Below are positions 28,196 to 38,100 of a stretch of DNA of 63,635 bases, one piece after another. A program made the translations under genes and the position numbers. The stretch's first letter is position 1. Every line of letters starts with the position of its first letter. The notes beneath the pieces were generated by a model. The model saw only the letters and a program-made list of their open reading frames with translations, ran no database searches and was not told the origin of the DNA. Source of the stretch: an uncultured Muribaculaceae bacterium (GTDB lineage: Bacteria; Bacillota_I; Bacilli_A; RF39; UBA660); the NCBI GenBank assembly GCA_964548815.1, contig CAZJSD010000001.1, forward strand, positions 1 to 63,635, in the 5' to 3' direction.

Positions 28196-29056
28196 ATGTT
28201 AAAAACTCAATCAATGAATTTAGATTATATTAGAACTTTTGTAGTTGTAGGACAATCTAAAGATTATAGAGATGCAGCAAATAAATTAAATATTGATCAT
28301 ACTAACGTTTCTAGACATATTAAAGCACTAGAAGAAATAATGGAAACTAAGCTTGTTAGTAGATCTTCAAATAAAACAATTGAGTTAACAAAAGAAGGTA
28401 AAAAACTATTTGATGGATATGAAAAAGCATATAATATATTAATGTTTACTGAAAAGAGTTTGAGACAAAATAGATCATTAGATAGTGGAAAAATATCTAT
28501 AGGTGTTTCTAGTGATATAGACGTTGATTTATTAAATAATAATGTTAGAAAGTTTAAAGAATTATATCCTTCTGTTGTACTAAAAATTGTTACTTTTGAT
28601 ACAAAAGAATTATTTGAAAGACTTGAAAAGTATTATATTGATTTTGTTATAGATGAAACTTATTCTAAAATAAAAAAAGATAATGATATAAAGTCTAAAA
28701 TAATTTCAAATGAAAAATATTGTATAGCATATAATATTGATAAAAAGATATCTAAGATAAAAGATTTAAATAATTTACCATTAATAGTTCCAGTAAGTTC
28801 AAAACAAGATCGAGTAAAATTTGAAGAATATTTACAAAAAAACAAAATTACAAAAAACATTTCTTTAGAGGTAGATAATTATGATTCTGCAAGAGATTAT
28901 GCTGTTTCAGGACTAGGTTATGCATTACTTCCAAAGAGAATTGTTGATAAAACAAATTTAAAATATTTTGATATTGATTTAGATAAAGAAATATCTATTT
29001 CTTATGTTAATGGTAATTTATCACCATCTAGCAAAGAATTTTTGAAACTTTATTAG
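28196..29056 (+). CDS. LysR-family transcriptional regulator
   Basis: wHTH LDYIRTFVVVGQSKDYRDAANKLNIDHTNVSRHIKALEE. ATG at 28196 with GGGGAGA RBS; the ORF-track start at 28079 runs through the promoter. Confidence 0.9.
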   Translation: MLKTQSMNLDYIRTFVVVGQSKDYRDAANKLNIDHTNVSRHIKALEEIMETKLVSRSSNKTIELTKEGKKLFDGYEKAYNILMFTEKSLRQNRSLDSGKISIGVSSDIDVDLLNNNVRKFKELYPSVVLKIVTFDTKELFERLEKYYIDFVIDETYSKIKKDNDIKSKIISNEKYCIAYNIDKKISKIKDLNNLPLIVPVSSKQDRVKFEEYLQKNKITKNISLEVDNYDSARDYAVSGLGYALLPKRIVDKTNLKYFDIDLDKEISISYVNGNLSPSSKEFLKLY

Positions 29057-29058
29057 AA

Positions 29059-29102
29059 AACTATAACAACAAATAATTAAGTTTGTTGTTATAGTTTTTT
29101 TA
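29059..29102 (+). terminator. strong rho-independent terminator between lysR and the radical-SAM gene
   Basis: 15-bp perfect stem AACTATAACAACAAA / TTTGTTGTTATAGTT followed by T6. Confidence 0.85.
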
Positions 29103-29173
29103 TTAAAATAATAAAATGTAGTTTTTTGTATCACTTTTCTATGTTATTATTTTGGGATGATGAGGTGAGAAGT

Positions 29174-30301
29174 ATGGCAATAATAGAGATGCATTCTAGT
29201 TGGTTAGCAATTAATTCGGTTCTAGGTTGTCCAAATGGATGTAAATACTGTTTATTGCAAGCAACTGGCAATAATAATGCAAAACCAAAAGAATTAGCTA
29301 CACCTCATGATTCAATAAATGCATTATTAAGTTATAAATACTACGACAAAAGTATTCCAGTTTGTTTATTACCTAATACAGATGTATTTGTTACAAAATC
29401 AAATATCAACTATTTATTGAATCTGTTAGATGAGATTGAAACTAGAAATATAAAAAATGATTTAATAATAATTACAAAGTGTGAAATCCCCGACTTAATA
29501 ATTAGTAAAGTTCTAGAATTAAAAACTAAAGGACATAATGTTATTTTTTATATTAGTTATTCCGGTTTACCAAAAGAAATAGAACCAAATATTTCAAAAA
29601 ATATTTTAATTAACAATTTTAGAAAACTAAAACAAAACAATATTGACGTTATCCATTATTATAGACCATTTTTACCTCAAAACTCATCTAAAAAAGAAAT
29701 AGAGAGTGTAATAGATGAGATAAATAAATATACTGATATCTCAGTTATTACAGGATTCGCTTTGATTCAAAATTTTATTGATAAAATTGATTTTTGGCCA
29801 GATATTATTAATAATAAAGAAAAATGTCTTAAAGCTAATTGTGTGTGGCCAAGAACAGCTTGGGAGTTCTTTAATAAAGATTATAAGAAAAGACAATATG
29901 TTTTTCAAACAAATACATGTGGTTTATATAGCAAATTAAAAAGACCATCACATTATTATGGATCTTATGAATGTTTAAATTATAATCATTGTAGTAAAGA
30001 ACAAAAATATAGATGTAAAAAAAGACATGAGATGATAGATAAAATTACACAAGAATTAAATTGTTATAAATTATTAAAAAAATTAGGTTATGATATAAGT
30101 AATATTGATTTAAAATATGATATGTATAATAGTATCGTTTTACAAAATATAGATTTGAAAATAAGTGATTTATCATATTTATCGTATATGCTAGAAACTA
30201 AAGTATATATTAAAAATAATAATATATTAGAAGATACATATAATTCAACATTAAATGGAGCTAAACCATTAGTTTTGGAAACAGGAGCTAAAAATGAATG
30301 A
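29174..30301 (+). CDS. radical SAM enzyme (COG1533/SPL-like N-terminal motif), function unknown
   Basis: CX3CX2C in ...VLGCPNGCKYCLLQ...; GAGGTGA RBS before MAIIEM; a second Cys-rich patch near the C-terminus. Confidence 0.8.
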   Translation: MAIIEMHSSWLAINSVLGCPNGCKYCLLQATGNNNAKPKELATPHDSINALLSYKYYDKSIPVCLLPNTDVFVTKSNINYLLNLLDEIETRNIKNDLIIITKCEIPDLIISKVLELKTKGHNVIFYISYSGLPKEIEPNISKNILINNFRKLKQNNIDVIHYYRPFLPQNSSKKEIESVIDEINKYTDISVITGFALIQNFIDKIDFWPDIINNKEKCLKANCVWPRTAWEFFNKDYKKRQYVFQTNTCGLYSKLKRPSHYYGSYECLNYNHCSKEQKYRCKKRHEMIDKITQELNCYKLLKKLGYDISNIDLKYDMYNSIVLQNIDLKISDLSYLSYMLETKVYIKNNNILEDTYNSTLNGAKPLVLETGAKNE

Positions 30302-31796
30302 AATAATAAAATTTTTGGATATTCACTATGAGTCTGCTTTAAAATTAGTAAGTGATTTTGATATAACAAAAAATAAAGAATGGAATTCTCAAATTTATTT
30401 AAATGAATTATATGTTCAGTTAGGACACGTCTATAATGTTTTATATTCAAATGATAATGTTAATGAATTAAAAAGAAATATAAATAATCTTGGGGATGAA
30501 TTATCTGATGTATTACTTCAATTAATAAATTTAGCTTATACTTTAAAAATAAATATGTATGAAATAAATAATATAGACTCATTTCAATATGATGATATTA
30601 ATGGTTTTCCTATTCTTTTAGGCCAATTAACAGAAGTAATTATGGAAATGAATGATTGCAGATTTAAAAAAAATAGATTTGGATTTAATACAAGTTTTGA
30701 TTTCATCAAAGATAGATTGTTTAAACTGTTTATGCTTACTTATAATATAGCAAAAAAATATAATCTTGATATGATAAAAGAGTTTAAAGATATGCTAGAT
30801 GATGCTAATGGTTTTTTAGATAGGTTTGAGAATAAAACAGATAATAAAAAAGAATATTTAGATATATATGATAAAAACGAAAATCTAATTGGATACTCTG
30901 ATAAAGAAATAGTCCATAAAAATGGATATTGGCACAAAGTTTTTGGATGTTTAATCTTTAACAGTAAAAGAGATGTAGTATTCTTACAGTTAAAAAATCC
31001 ATATTATAATAAAGTTAATAAAAAACCTTTATATGAAATTACAGTAGGTGGGCACTTAATTTCTGGAGAATCTGTAAGTGATGGTATAAGGGAAATAAAA
31101 GAAGAAACAGGTCTTAGTATAAAATTTAAAGATCTTGTTTTCTTTGAAAAAAGAAATATTTCAAAGAAAGTTAATAATAATTATATTATAAAAGAATTCC
31201 AATATTTTTATGGATTAAATAAAAATATTAAAGTTTCAGAATTAACTACTTACGATAATGAAGAAATTATTTCGTTTGCTGAAGTAAATATTCAAGATTT
31301 AAAAGATTTAATAAATGATAACAAAAACTCAATAAAAGGAATAAATAATTATTTAGAAAAAGTGCTAATAACTAAATCTGATTTAGATACAGCATTTATA
31401 GAAAATGGTTTATATTTATCTTTGTTAAATAATATTAATAATAAAAAGAAAAATAAAGAAATAAATAATAGAATAAAAAAACTATATAAAAAAGATAAAA
31501 ATAATAAAAAAAGTAATGACTATTACTATGATAATGGAATAGTAATAAATCATAAAGATTATTCAAAAGGAGATTTGAAGTATTCAGTAATAATACTAAA
31601 AACAGATGTTGATAAAAATGAATATTTAGTTTATTTATTATTAATATATAAAAATAAATCTATATCACATTTGTTAGAAAGAAAGTTTTTATCCAAAAGA
31701 GGAATATATAAATATTTTAATGAATTATCAAATTATATTGATATCAATAACAATTTAGATATTATAAATAAATGTATTGAAAAAAGAAATACATAA
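30294..31796 (+). CDS. MazG-like / Nudix hydrolase fusion protein with unknown C-terminal domain
   Basis: MazG-type helix LGDELSDVLLQLINLAY (around 30489-30540). Nudix box GGHLISGESVSDGIREIKEETGL (around 31047-31115). The ATG overlaps the radical-SAM stop (ATGAATGA). Confidence 0.8.
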   Translation: MNEIIKFLDIHYESALKLVSDFDITKNKEWNSQIYLNELYVQLGHVYNVLYSNDNVNELKRNINNLGDELSDVLLQLINLAYTLKINMYEINNIDSFQYDDINGFPILLGQLTEVIMEMNDCRFKKNRFGFNTSFDFIKDRLFKLFMLTYNIAKKYNLDMIKEFKDMLDDANGFLDRFENKTDNKKEYLDIYDKNENLIGYSDKEIVHKNGYWHKVFGCLIFNSKRDVVFLQLKNPYYNKVNKKPLYEITVGGHLISGESVSDGIREIKEETGLSIKFKDLVFFEKRNISKKVNNNYIIKEFQYFYGLNKNIKVSELTTYDNEEIISFAEVNIQDLKDLINDNKNSIKGINNYLEKVLITKSDLDTAFIENGLYLSLLNNINNKKKNKEINNRIKKLYKKDKNNKKSNDYYYDNGIVINHKDYSKGDLKYSVIILKTDVDKNEYLVYLLLIYKNKSISHLLERKFLSKRGIYKYFNELSNYIDINNNLDIINKCIEKRNT

Positions 31797-31865
31797 AAAA
31801 TACATAAAAAGTACTATTATTTTGACTATTGAATTGAAATAAAATTAGAGTTATTATGTTATTAG

Positions 31866-31901
31866 TAAGAACTTTTAGCTATTAAAGGTTCTTATTTTTT
31901 T
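31866..31901 (+). terminator. rho-independent terminator of the radical-SAM operon
   Basis: TAAGAAC / GTTCTTA stem followed by T7. Confidence 0.7.
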
Positions 31902-31974
31902 ACTATGTAAAGTGCAAAAACGCAACAAAGATTGTAAAAATGCTTGACTTTTTCTAAAAATATGTTAGTATAAG
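31902..31974 (+). promoter_or_regulatory. operator-like TGCAAAAA element plus promoter of the regulator gene at 32094
   Basis: AAGTGCAAAAACGCAACAAAGAT closely matches 28118-28137, followed by TTGACT (31944-31949) and GTATAAG about 18 nt downstream. Confidence 0.4.
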
Positions 31975-32093
31975 AAACAATTTATTAGTTTTATGTTTTT
32001 TATTATAAACTATTTATATTCTATTATAATTACACATTTTATTTAAAACTAATTAATTCTAGTTTTTGTTATCATTGTTTTAGGGGGGATTTT

Positions 32094-32564
32094 ATGAAAG
32101 CATTGATTTCTAAAAAATATTTAAATTATTTTGATATGAGGTTGTTAACCAAAGAAGTTCATGATTTGTTTGATGAGTATAATTTTATTAATGAGTTACT
32201 AAATAATAATATGATAGAGAAAAATCAAAGCCCAATACACCTAACAATAAGTTCGACATCAAATAGTAGTTCAGAATTAAACAAACTTCTTAAAATCGAA
32301 AAATATGAAAAATATATTAAATATTTTGAAAGTAATCTTAATTATTTAAAATCTAATATGACTGATGATGAATTACTTATTTATAAGTATTGTATAGAAG
32401 AAAGAGAAATAGATAGAATTGTTAGTGATAGAATATGTAAATCAGGAAAAACATATTACAAGATAAAGAAAAGTTGTTATGCAAAAATTGCTATGAAATT
32501 TAATCTTGCTACTATTACTAGCAATGAATCTTTTAGAAAAAGTTTAAAAATAAAAGAAGCATAA
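32094..32564 (+). CDS. ArpU/RinA-like or sigma-region-4-like transcription regulator
   Basis: GGGGGGA RBS; C-terminal ...DDELLIYKYCIEEREIDRIVSDRICKSGKTYYKIKKSCYAKIAMKFNL has the layout of phage late-gene activators. Assignment is tentative. Confidence 0.55.
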   Translation: MKALISKKYLNYFDMRLLTKEVHDLFDEYNFINELLNNNMIEKNQSPIHLTISSTSNSSSELNKLLKIEKYEKYIKYFESNLNYLKSNMTDDELLIYKYCIEEREIDRIVSDRICKSGKTYYKIKKSCYAKIAMKFNLATITSNESFRKSLKIKEA

Positions 32565-32582
32565 TTAAATAACTTTTAGCTA

Positions 32583-32609
32583 GAAAATCTTATGGATTTT
32601 CTTTTTTTT
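32583..32609 (+). terminator. rho-independent terminator
   Basis: GAAAATC-TTATG-GATTTTC followed by T8. Confidence 0.8.
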
Positions 32610-32616
32610 GCACTTT

Positions 32617-32634
32617 TCTAGTGAAAATCCAGTA
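32617..32634 (+). promoter_or_regulatory. TCTAGTGAA-N4-YAGT motif, copy 2
   Basis: TCTAGTGAAAATCCAGTA, 47 nt upstream of the fibre-like gene; preceded by an inverted TTTTTGCACTT element. Confidence 0.35.
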
Positions 32635-32680
32635 AAAAACAAAATATTATGAACTTGTTAAATTGAAAGGAGAGATATTT

Positions 32681-33784
32681 ATGAATTTAACAGAACAAAC
32701 AGTTACTGGAAATTCTAGTGTAACTGTAAATGATTCATTAAATGCAGCATTACTTGAAATTCATATGAAACCAAGTACAAATGATGCAAATTATCCAGAT
32801 GATCAAGAAATATATATTTATGTGGATAAGAATCCAAGTTCTAATCCATCAAATGAGAGAAAACAATATGTTTTTGATGGAAGATTATTTGGATTAACAG
32901 GTGGACAAGATGAACTTGTTCAAGAACTTAAAATTGTTAACAATGAACCAGTTTTAAGTTGTTACGTTATAAGAAGAGTAGGAATAGATCAAACTCTTAT
33001 AAATCCGCACTATTTATTAAATGATCCAATAATAGAAGCAAGGGATAGTGTAGATATAACATTATTTGAGGGAACAAACTATATTTATTCAAATTATCCA
33101 GACGCAGAGTTTACTATTATTTATCCAAAAGCTACTGCATCTAATAAGTATTATGTAAGTGCATTAAATTATGCAAGACATAAAGAAAATGCATCAGATG
33201 AATTTTCACTTGATGATATATACTTTAAAGATGCATTTACAAAAACAGGAAATGAACTTAATGAAGAAATAGATAATCTTAACGTAAAATGTATTACTTC
33301 TAAGAATAATAATTTTAGTTTAGATTCACAAGGTAATTTAATTGTTAATAGCATAACAACAAATTCTACTAACGGATTATTAGATCTTGTATATCCAGTT
33401 GGAAGTATATATATGTCAGTTAATTCAACAAGTCCAGCCACATTATTCGGTGGAAGTTGGGAACAAATAAAAGATAAATTCTTATTATCAAGCGGAGATA
33501 CATATACAAATGGAGATACTGGAGGAGAAGCTACTCACTTACTAACTGCCGCAGAAAGTGGAATGCCTAATCATTATCATAATTATGGATATACTGATGC
33601 ATCTGCTTGTAGACCAACATACACTGCTGATAGTAACTGGATGACAATTCTAAATCACGTTGGAAATAATGGGCAAGGTTATGGTTCAGTAAGAACACAA
33701 AACTCTGGAGCAAAAAATGCAACAAGTGCTCATAATAATATGCCACCATATTTAGTTGTAAATGTTTGGAAAAGAGTATTGTAA
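32681..33784 (+). CDS. phage tail-fibre / receptor-binding-like protein 1 (tail-collar-type C-terminus)
   Basis: AAAGGAGAG RBS; C-terminal ...VYPVGSIYMSVNSTSPATLFGGSWEQI...GGEATHLLTAAESGMPNHYH...AHNNMPPYLVVNVWKR pattern of Firmicute phage fibre tips. Confidence 0.72.
   Translation: MNLTEQTVTGNSSVTVNDSLNAALLEIHMKPSTNDANYPDDQEIYIYVDKNPSSNPSNERKQYVFDGRLFGLTGGQDELVQELKIVNNEPVLSCYVIRRVGIDQTLINPHYLLNDPIIEARDSVDITLFEGTNYIYSNYPDAEFTIIYPKATASNKYYVSALNYARHKENASDEFSLDDIYFKDAFTKTGNELNEEIDNLNVKCITSKNNNFSLDSQGNLIVNSITTNSTNGLLDLVYPVGSIYMSVNSTSPATLFGGSWEQIKDKFLLSSGDTYTNGDTGGEATHLLTAAESGMPNHYHNYGYTDASACRPTYTADSNWMTILNHVGNNGQGYGSVRTQNSGAKNATSAHNNMPPYLVVNVWKRVL
33197..33469 (+). repeat. conserved cassette shared by the two fibre-like genes (copy 1)
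   Basis: About 270 nt nearly identical to 34276-34545 (I counted about 14 mismatches plus one 3-nt indel); the flanks are strongly diverged. Confidence 0.9.
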
Positions 33785-33798
33785 AGAGGAGATTGAAT

Positions 33799-34815
33799 AT
33801 GAACAGCCAAGTATATAGTTTTAGAGATGATGATACAGTACTTGATTCATTAAATGGAGCATTATTTTCAATTGAAATTGTACCTGATGAGACTGTTGTT
33901 GCTCCACAAGATAATCAATTGATAATATATGTTGAAGATTTTCCACAAGGTAATAATTATAATAGAAAAACATATATTTATGATTTACAAACTCAGTTAG
34001 CATGTAATGATAATTATGATAATTATTTTACACAGGAAATAGTAATTGAAAATAATAAACCAATTGTTAAAACAAGATTATATTATAACACTTTGAATGA
34101 TAGTGGATATTACGAATTAGATCCACAAGAAATCATATTGTTTGAAGGATATAATAGAATTTATACTAATTATCAAAATGTAGATATTACTATTAATTAT
34201 TTAAAAGATAATTTTACTAATAGATATTATTCAAGTAATGCATTGTTTAATAGTCATTTAGAAAACTCATCAAGTGATTTCTCATTGGATGATATATATT
34301 TTAAAGATGCATTTACAAAAACTGGAAATGAACTTAATGAAGAAATAGATAATCTTAATGTAAAATGTATTACTTCTAAGAATAATAATTTTAGTTTAGA
34401 CTCACAAGGTAATTTAATTGTTAATAGTATAACAACAAATTCTACTAATGAATTATTAGATCTCGTATATCCAGTTGGAAGTATATATATGACAGTTAAT
34501 TCAACAAGCCCAGCTACATTATTTGGTGGGAATTGGGAACAAATAGAAAGTGACGCTTATTTAAAAATAGTAAATACTAATGCTGGAAATTTAGGTGGAA
34601 CTTCATCAAATCACAAAATTCCTTTGTCTAGTATCCCATCACATAATCATTATATATCTAGTATGAGAAACTGTGGAGTATCACAAGGAGGTTTTTATGG
34701 AGTAGCATGTAATAATTCAGCAGGAGCAATTGGTATGACAACTGATAATAGAGGTGGTAGTGAAGCATATTATCCATATTATTTTGGTGTATATGTATGG
34801 AAAAGAATATCTTAA
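33799..34815 (+). CDS. phage tail-fibre / receptor-binding-like protein 2 (paralogue with a different tip)
   Basis: AAAGAGGAG RBS. Same central cassette as the first gene. Tip ...GGTSSNHKIPLSSIPSHNHY...YYPYYFGVYVWKR. Confidence 0.72.
   Translation: MNSQVYSFRDDDTVLDSLNGALFSIEIVPDETVVAPQDNQLIIYVEDFPQGNNYNRKTYIYDLQTQLACNDNYDNYFTQEIVIENNKPIVKTRLYYNTLNDSGYYELDPQEIILFEGYNRIYTNYQNVDITINYLKDNFTNRYYSSNALFNSHLENSSSDFSLDDIYFKDAFTKTGNELNEEIDNLNVKCITSKNNNFSLDSQGNLIVNSITTNSTNELLDLVYPVGSIYMTVNSTSPATLFGGNWEQIESDAYLKIVNTNAGNLGGTSSNHKIPLSSIPSHNHYISSMRNCGVSQGGFYGVACNNSAGAIGMTTDNRGGSEAYYPYYFGVYVWKRIS
34276..34545 (+). repeat. conserved cassette shared by the two fibre-like genes (copy 2)
   Basis: See 33197-33469. 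Confidence 0.9.
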
Positions 34816-34831
34816 AATAATGGTGATAAGT

Positions 34832-35161
34832 ATGCTAAATTTTGAATGTTATAATAATTCTGTTCTAGAATTAAATATTTTAAAAAAAAGACTTGATATT
34901 ATAAAAAAAGCAAAAGAAAACCTGTTAAATGAAGAAAAAAATATAAAAGAAACTATCAATTTATACGTAAATAAAACAAATTCTATTAAGAAAAATCTTT
35001 CAGAATTAAAAGGAATTGAATATGAATTATATTCGGAAATTGTTATTAATGGGTTAAATGTATCAAAAGCAGTAGAAAAAGTTGCAGAAAAAAATGAAAA
35101 GGATGTTTCAACTATATGGAAAAACTATTATCCAAAAATTAAAACATTTATAGAAATATAA
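34832..35161 (+). CDS. small coiled-coil protein with HTH-like C-terminus (109 aa)
   Basis: GGTGA RBS; ...LKGIEYELYSEIVINGLNVSKAVEKVAEKNEKDVSTIWKNYYPKIK resembles small phage HTH/sigma-r4-like proteins. The ORF-track start at 34754 overlaps the previous gene. Confidence 0.5.
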   Translation: MLNFECYNNSVLELNILKKRLDIIKKAKENLLNEEKNIKETINLYVNKTNSIKKNLSELKGIEYELYSEIVINGLNVSKAVEKVAEKNEKDVSTIWKNYYPKIKTFIEI

Positions 35162-35184
35162 AATAAAAGAAAAGGAGGAATAAA

Positions 35185-38100
35185 ATGAAAAAAATAGAGA
35201 TACTTGATAAAAGAAAAAAAAGAGAAAAACATTACTTACAAGAAGATGGAACCTTTATAGCTGAATTATATGATGATGATGTTCATTTTTTTAATAACGA
35301 AAAATATGAAGAAATAGATAATACATTAGAATTAAAAAATGATTATTATACAAATAAAGCCAACGATTTTAAAGTATATTTTTCAAATAAGCGTGATTCA
35401 GAAATTATGAAATTAGAACAAAATGGAAATTATATAATTACTAGTTTAAAAAATTATAAAGACTATAGTATCGAAAAGAAAAAAAATACATCTATACTAT
35501 ACGATAATATTAAATATGTCGAAGTTCTTAAGAATATAGATATATCCTATGATATTACACCATCAAAGGTAAAAGAAAATATAATTATTAAAAATACTGA
35601 TGCAGATATAGATAATCTCATTTTTGAAATAAAAACGGATTTAGATTTAGAATTAAATGATAATGAAATTGTAGCAAAAAAGAATAATCAAAAATTATTT
35701 TCTATTGAAAATCCATATATGATAGATGCGACAGGAGATATATGTAAAAACGTTCATTATTCATTAGCAAAAAAAGATTCTTTTTATGAATTAAATCTTA
35801 GTGTAGATTATGCATGGATTAATAAATCAAAATTCCCTATAATAATTGATCCAACGATATCGCAATATTCTAATGAAAATAGTGTAATAGATACATATAT
35901 TTATGAGGGGGATACTGGAATAACAAAAAGTAATTTAGAATATTTTAAGGTAGGTGTAGAAAGAAATAATAATGTTGATATTAAAAACAGGGCATTATTA
36001 TGGTTTCAGTTACCAGAATTAGGGACAGGAAGTCAAGTTATTTCAGCTAATTTATTATTACGTGGTTATCCAGATACACCAAATAACTATAATTATACAT
36101 ATTTAGATATTCATAAAGTTAATCAAGAATGGATGAACACCGAACCAAATTGGGTCAATATGAACGATAAATATGATTCGAGAGTTGAAGGAAATATGGA
36201 GGCTAGAAGAACATATTTTATTACAGATAATACAATTAGTTATTGTATGTGTGCAGGAGATATAACATCATTAGTACAAAAATGGTATACAAATGAACCA
36301 AATTATGGAATTTTAATAAAGTCTAGTAATGAAGTATATAATTCATCATTACTACCTCAATTTTTTTCTAAAGAAAACAATGTCAATGGAGGTTCTCCAA
36401 AACCATTATTATTAATAACTTATAGAATTTTAAATGGTATAGAAGAATATATGGGTTTAGAGTCTCATGAAATATCAATAGGGAAGATATATCACAATCT
36501 TTTTAATGGAAATCTTATTTCTTTATTTGAAATAGGAAAGACATCTAATATTCATCTAAATCTTGTTTATAATACAAATGATGTAGTTTTAAATAAGAAT
36601 ATAGGATATGGATTAGGTTTTAGGCTTAATTTTAGTCAAACCATTGAAGAAGAATATGTAGATAATACAAAGTATTTAAAGTATATTAATGATACAGGTG
36701 CAGTTCATTACTTTTTAAATAAGAAAAATAAGATAGTTAATAACAACATAGTAGAAGAAAACTACGTTAATAAATATTGTGATGAAGATGGACTAAATTT
36801 GACAATAACTGACTTTGATACATATTATATATTAACTGATAATAATGGTGTTGAAAATAGATTTGATATTATTAATAATATAGGTTACTTGACTCAAATA
36901 AAAAATAAAGCATCTGATGTAATAAATATTTCTTATGACAACAACAATAGAATAATTAGTATTATTGATTCTAACAATGAGCAAATGAGTATATCCTATA
37001 ATAATAATATTATAAGTATAACATCACCTACAATTATTTATAGTTTAACATATAATAATGATTTTAATTTAACAAAGATTAATGTTTTAAATAAGGAAAT
37101 AAATATTTTGAATACAAATAACTTAATTACAGAGATAACAGATGTTAATAATAAAAAAATATGTTATGAGTATTATAATAAGAATCCATATCGTATAAAA
37201 AAAATTAGTCAATATGGCAATAATAATGATTTGGGTAGGTATTATTTATCTAATTACAACCATTTTTCTACTACATTAACGGATTTTAAAGGAAGAAAAA
37301 AGAATATTCTATTTAATTCTCAAGGAAATCCAATTTCTGTTACTGGGTTAGATGAAAATATAGATTTAAAAACTGGATATGGCAGTAAATTTGATTTTAA
37401 AGATTCTGATATTACGTTAAATAATTTTACTAATAAGAATCTAAGTTCATACACACCAATAAAATATGTAAAAAATTTATTAACTAATTCAAGTTTTGAA
37501 CAAAACAATATTATTTTTTTGAATGAAAATGTTTCTTGTTCAATTAGTGATGATTTTGCAAATAGTGGTTTTACAAGTTTAAAGTGTGAATCAACAGATA
37601 CCGATTCTTTTATATATCTTATAAAAGAATTGCCAGTTAATAAGAATTACACTTTTAGTGGTTATTTTAAACCAATAAATGAAAGCGTCACTATGAGTAT
37701 ATATTCCACTGATGAAAATGATAATTTTATATTAAATGAAGAAGTGATTATTCCTACTTCTGATGATTTTGAAAGATATGATGTTTCTACATTTCTTTCT
37801 TCAGATTCAACTGGAAAAATAAAAATTATAATAAGTATATCTGATTCAGAAATATGTTATATAGATAATATTCAGTTAGAAGAAGGAATGGTTGCTAATG
37901 AATATAATTTTATAGATAATTCTGATTTTTCGGATGGATTAGATTCTTCATGGCAAGTTACAAGTTCAAACTATCCTCCAAATAATATTGTAAGTATTGC
38001 AAGTATAACGCCGAATCAAAATGCTTTAAAAGTTAAAATGTATTCTTCTAATACAACTGAAATATCAAAAACATTTGAAATAAGTGGAAAACAAGGAGAT

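Noticed and set aside
31902-32622. Possible invertible DNA switch around the regulator gene at 32094. ACTATGTAAAGTGCAAAAA (31902-31920) compared with the reverse complement of 32605-32622 (ACTAGAAAAGTGCAAAAA).
   Set aside because: Only the 11-bp core is perfect, and it is A-rich. The ACTAG part of the right arm belongs to the separate TCTAGTGAA motif. A third related site at 28107-28137 argues for operator copies. No invertase gene is adjacent. It is kept only as part of the operator-family finding.
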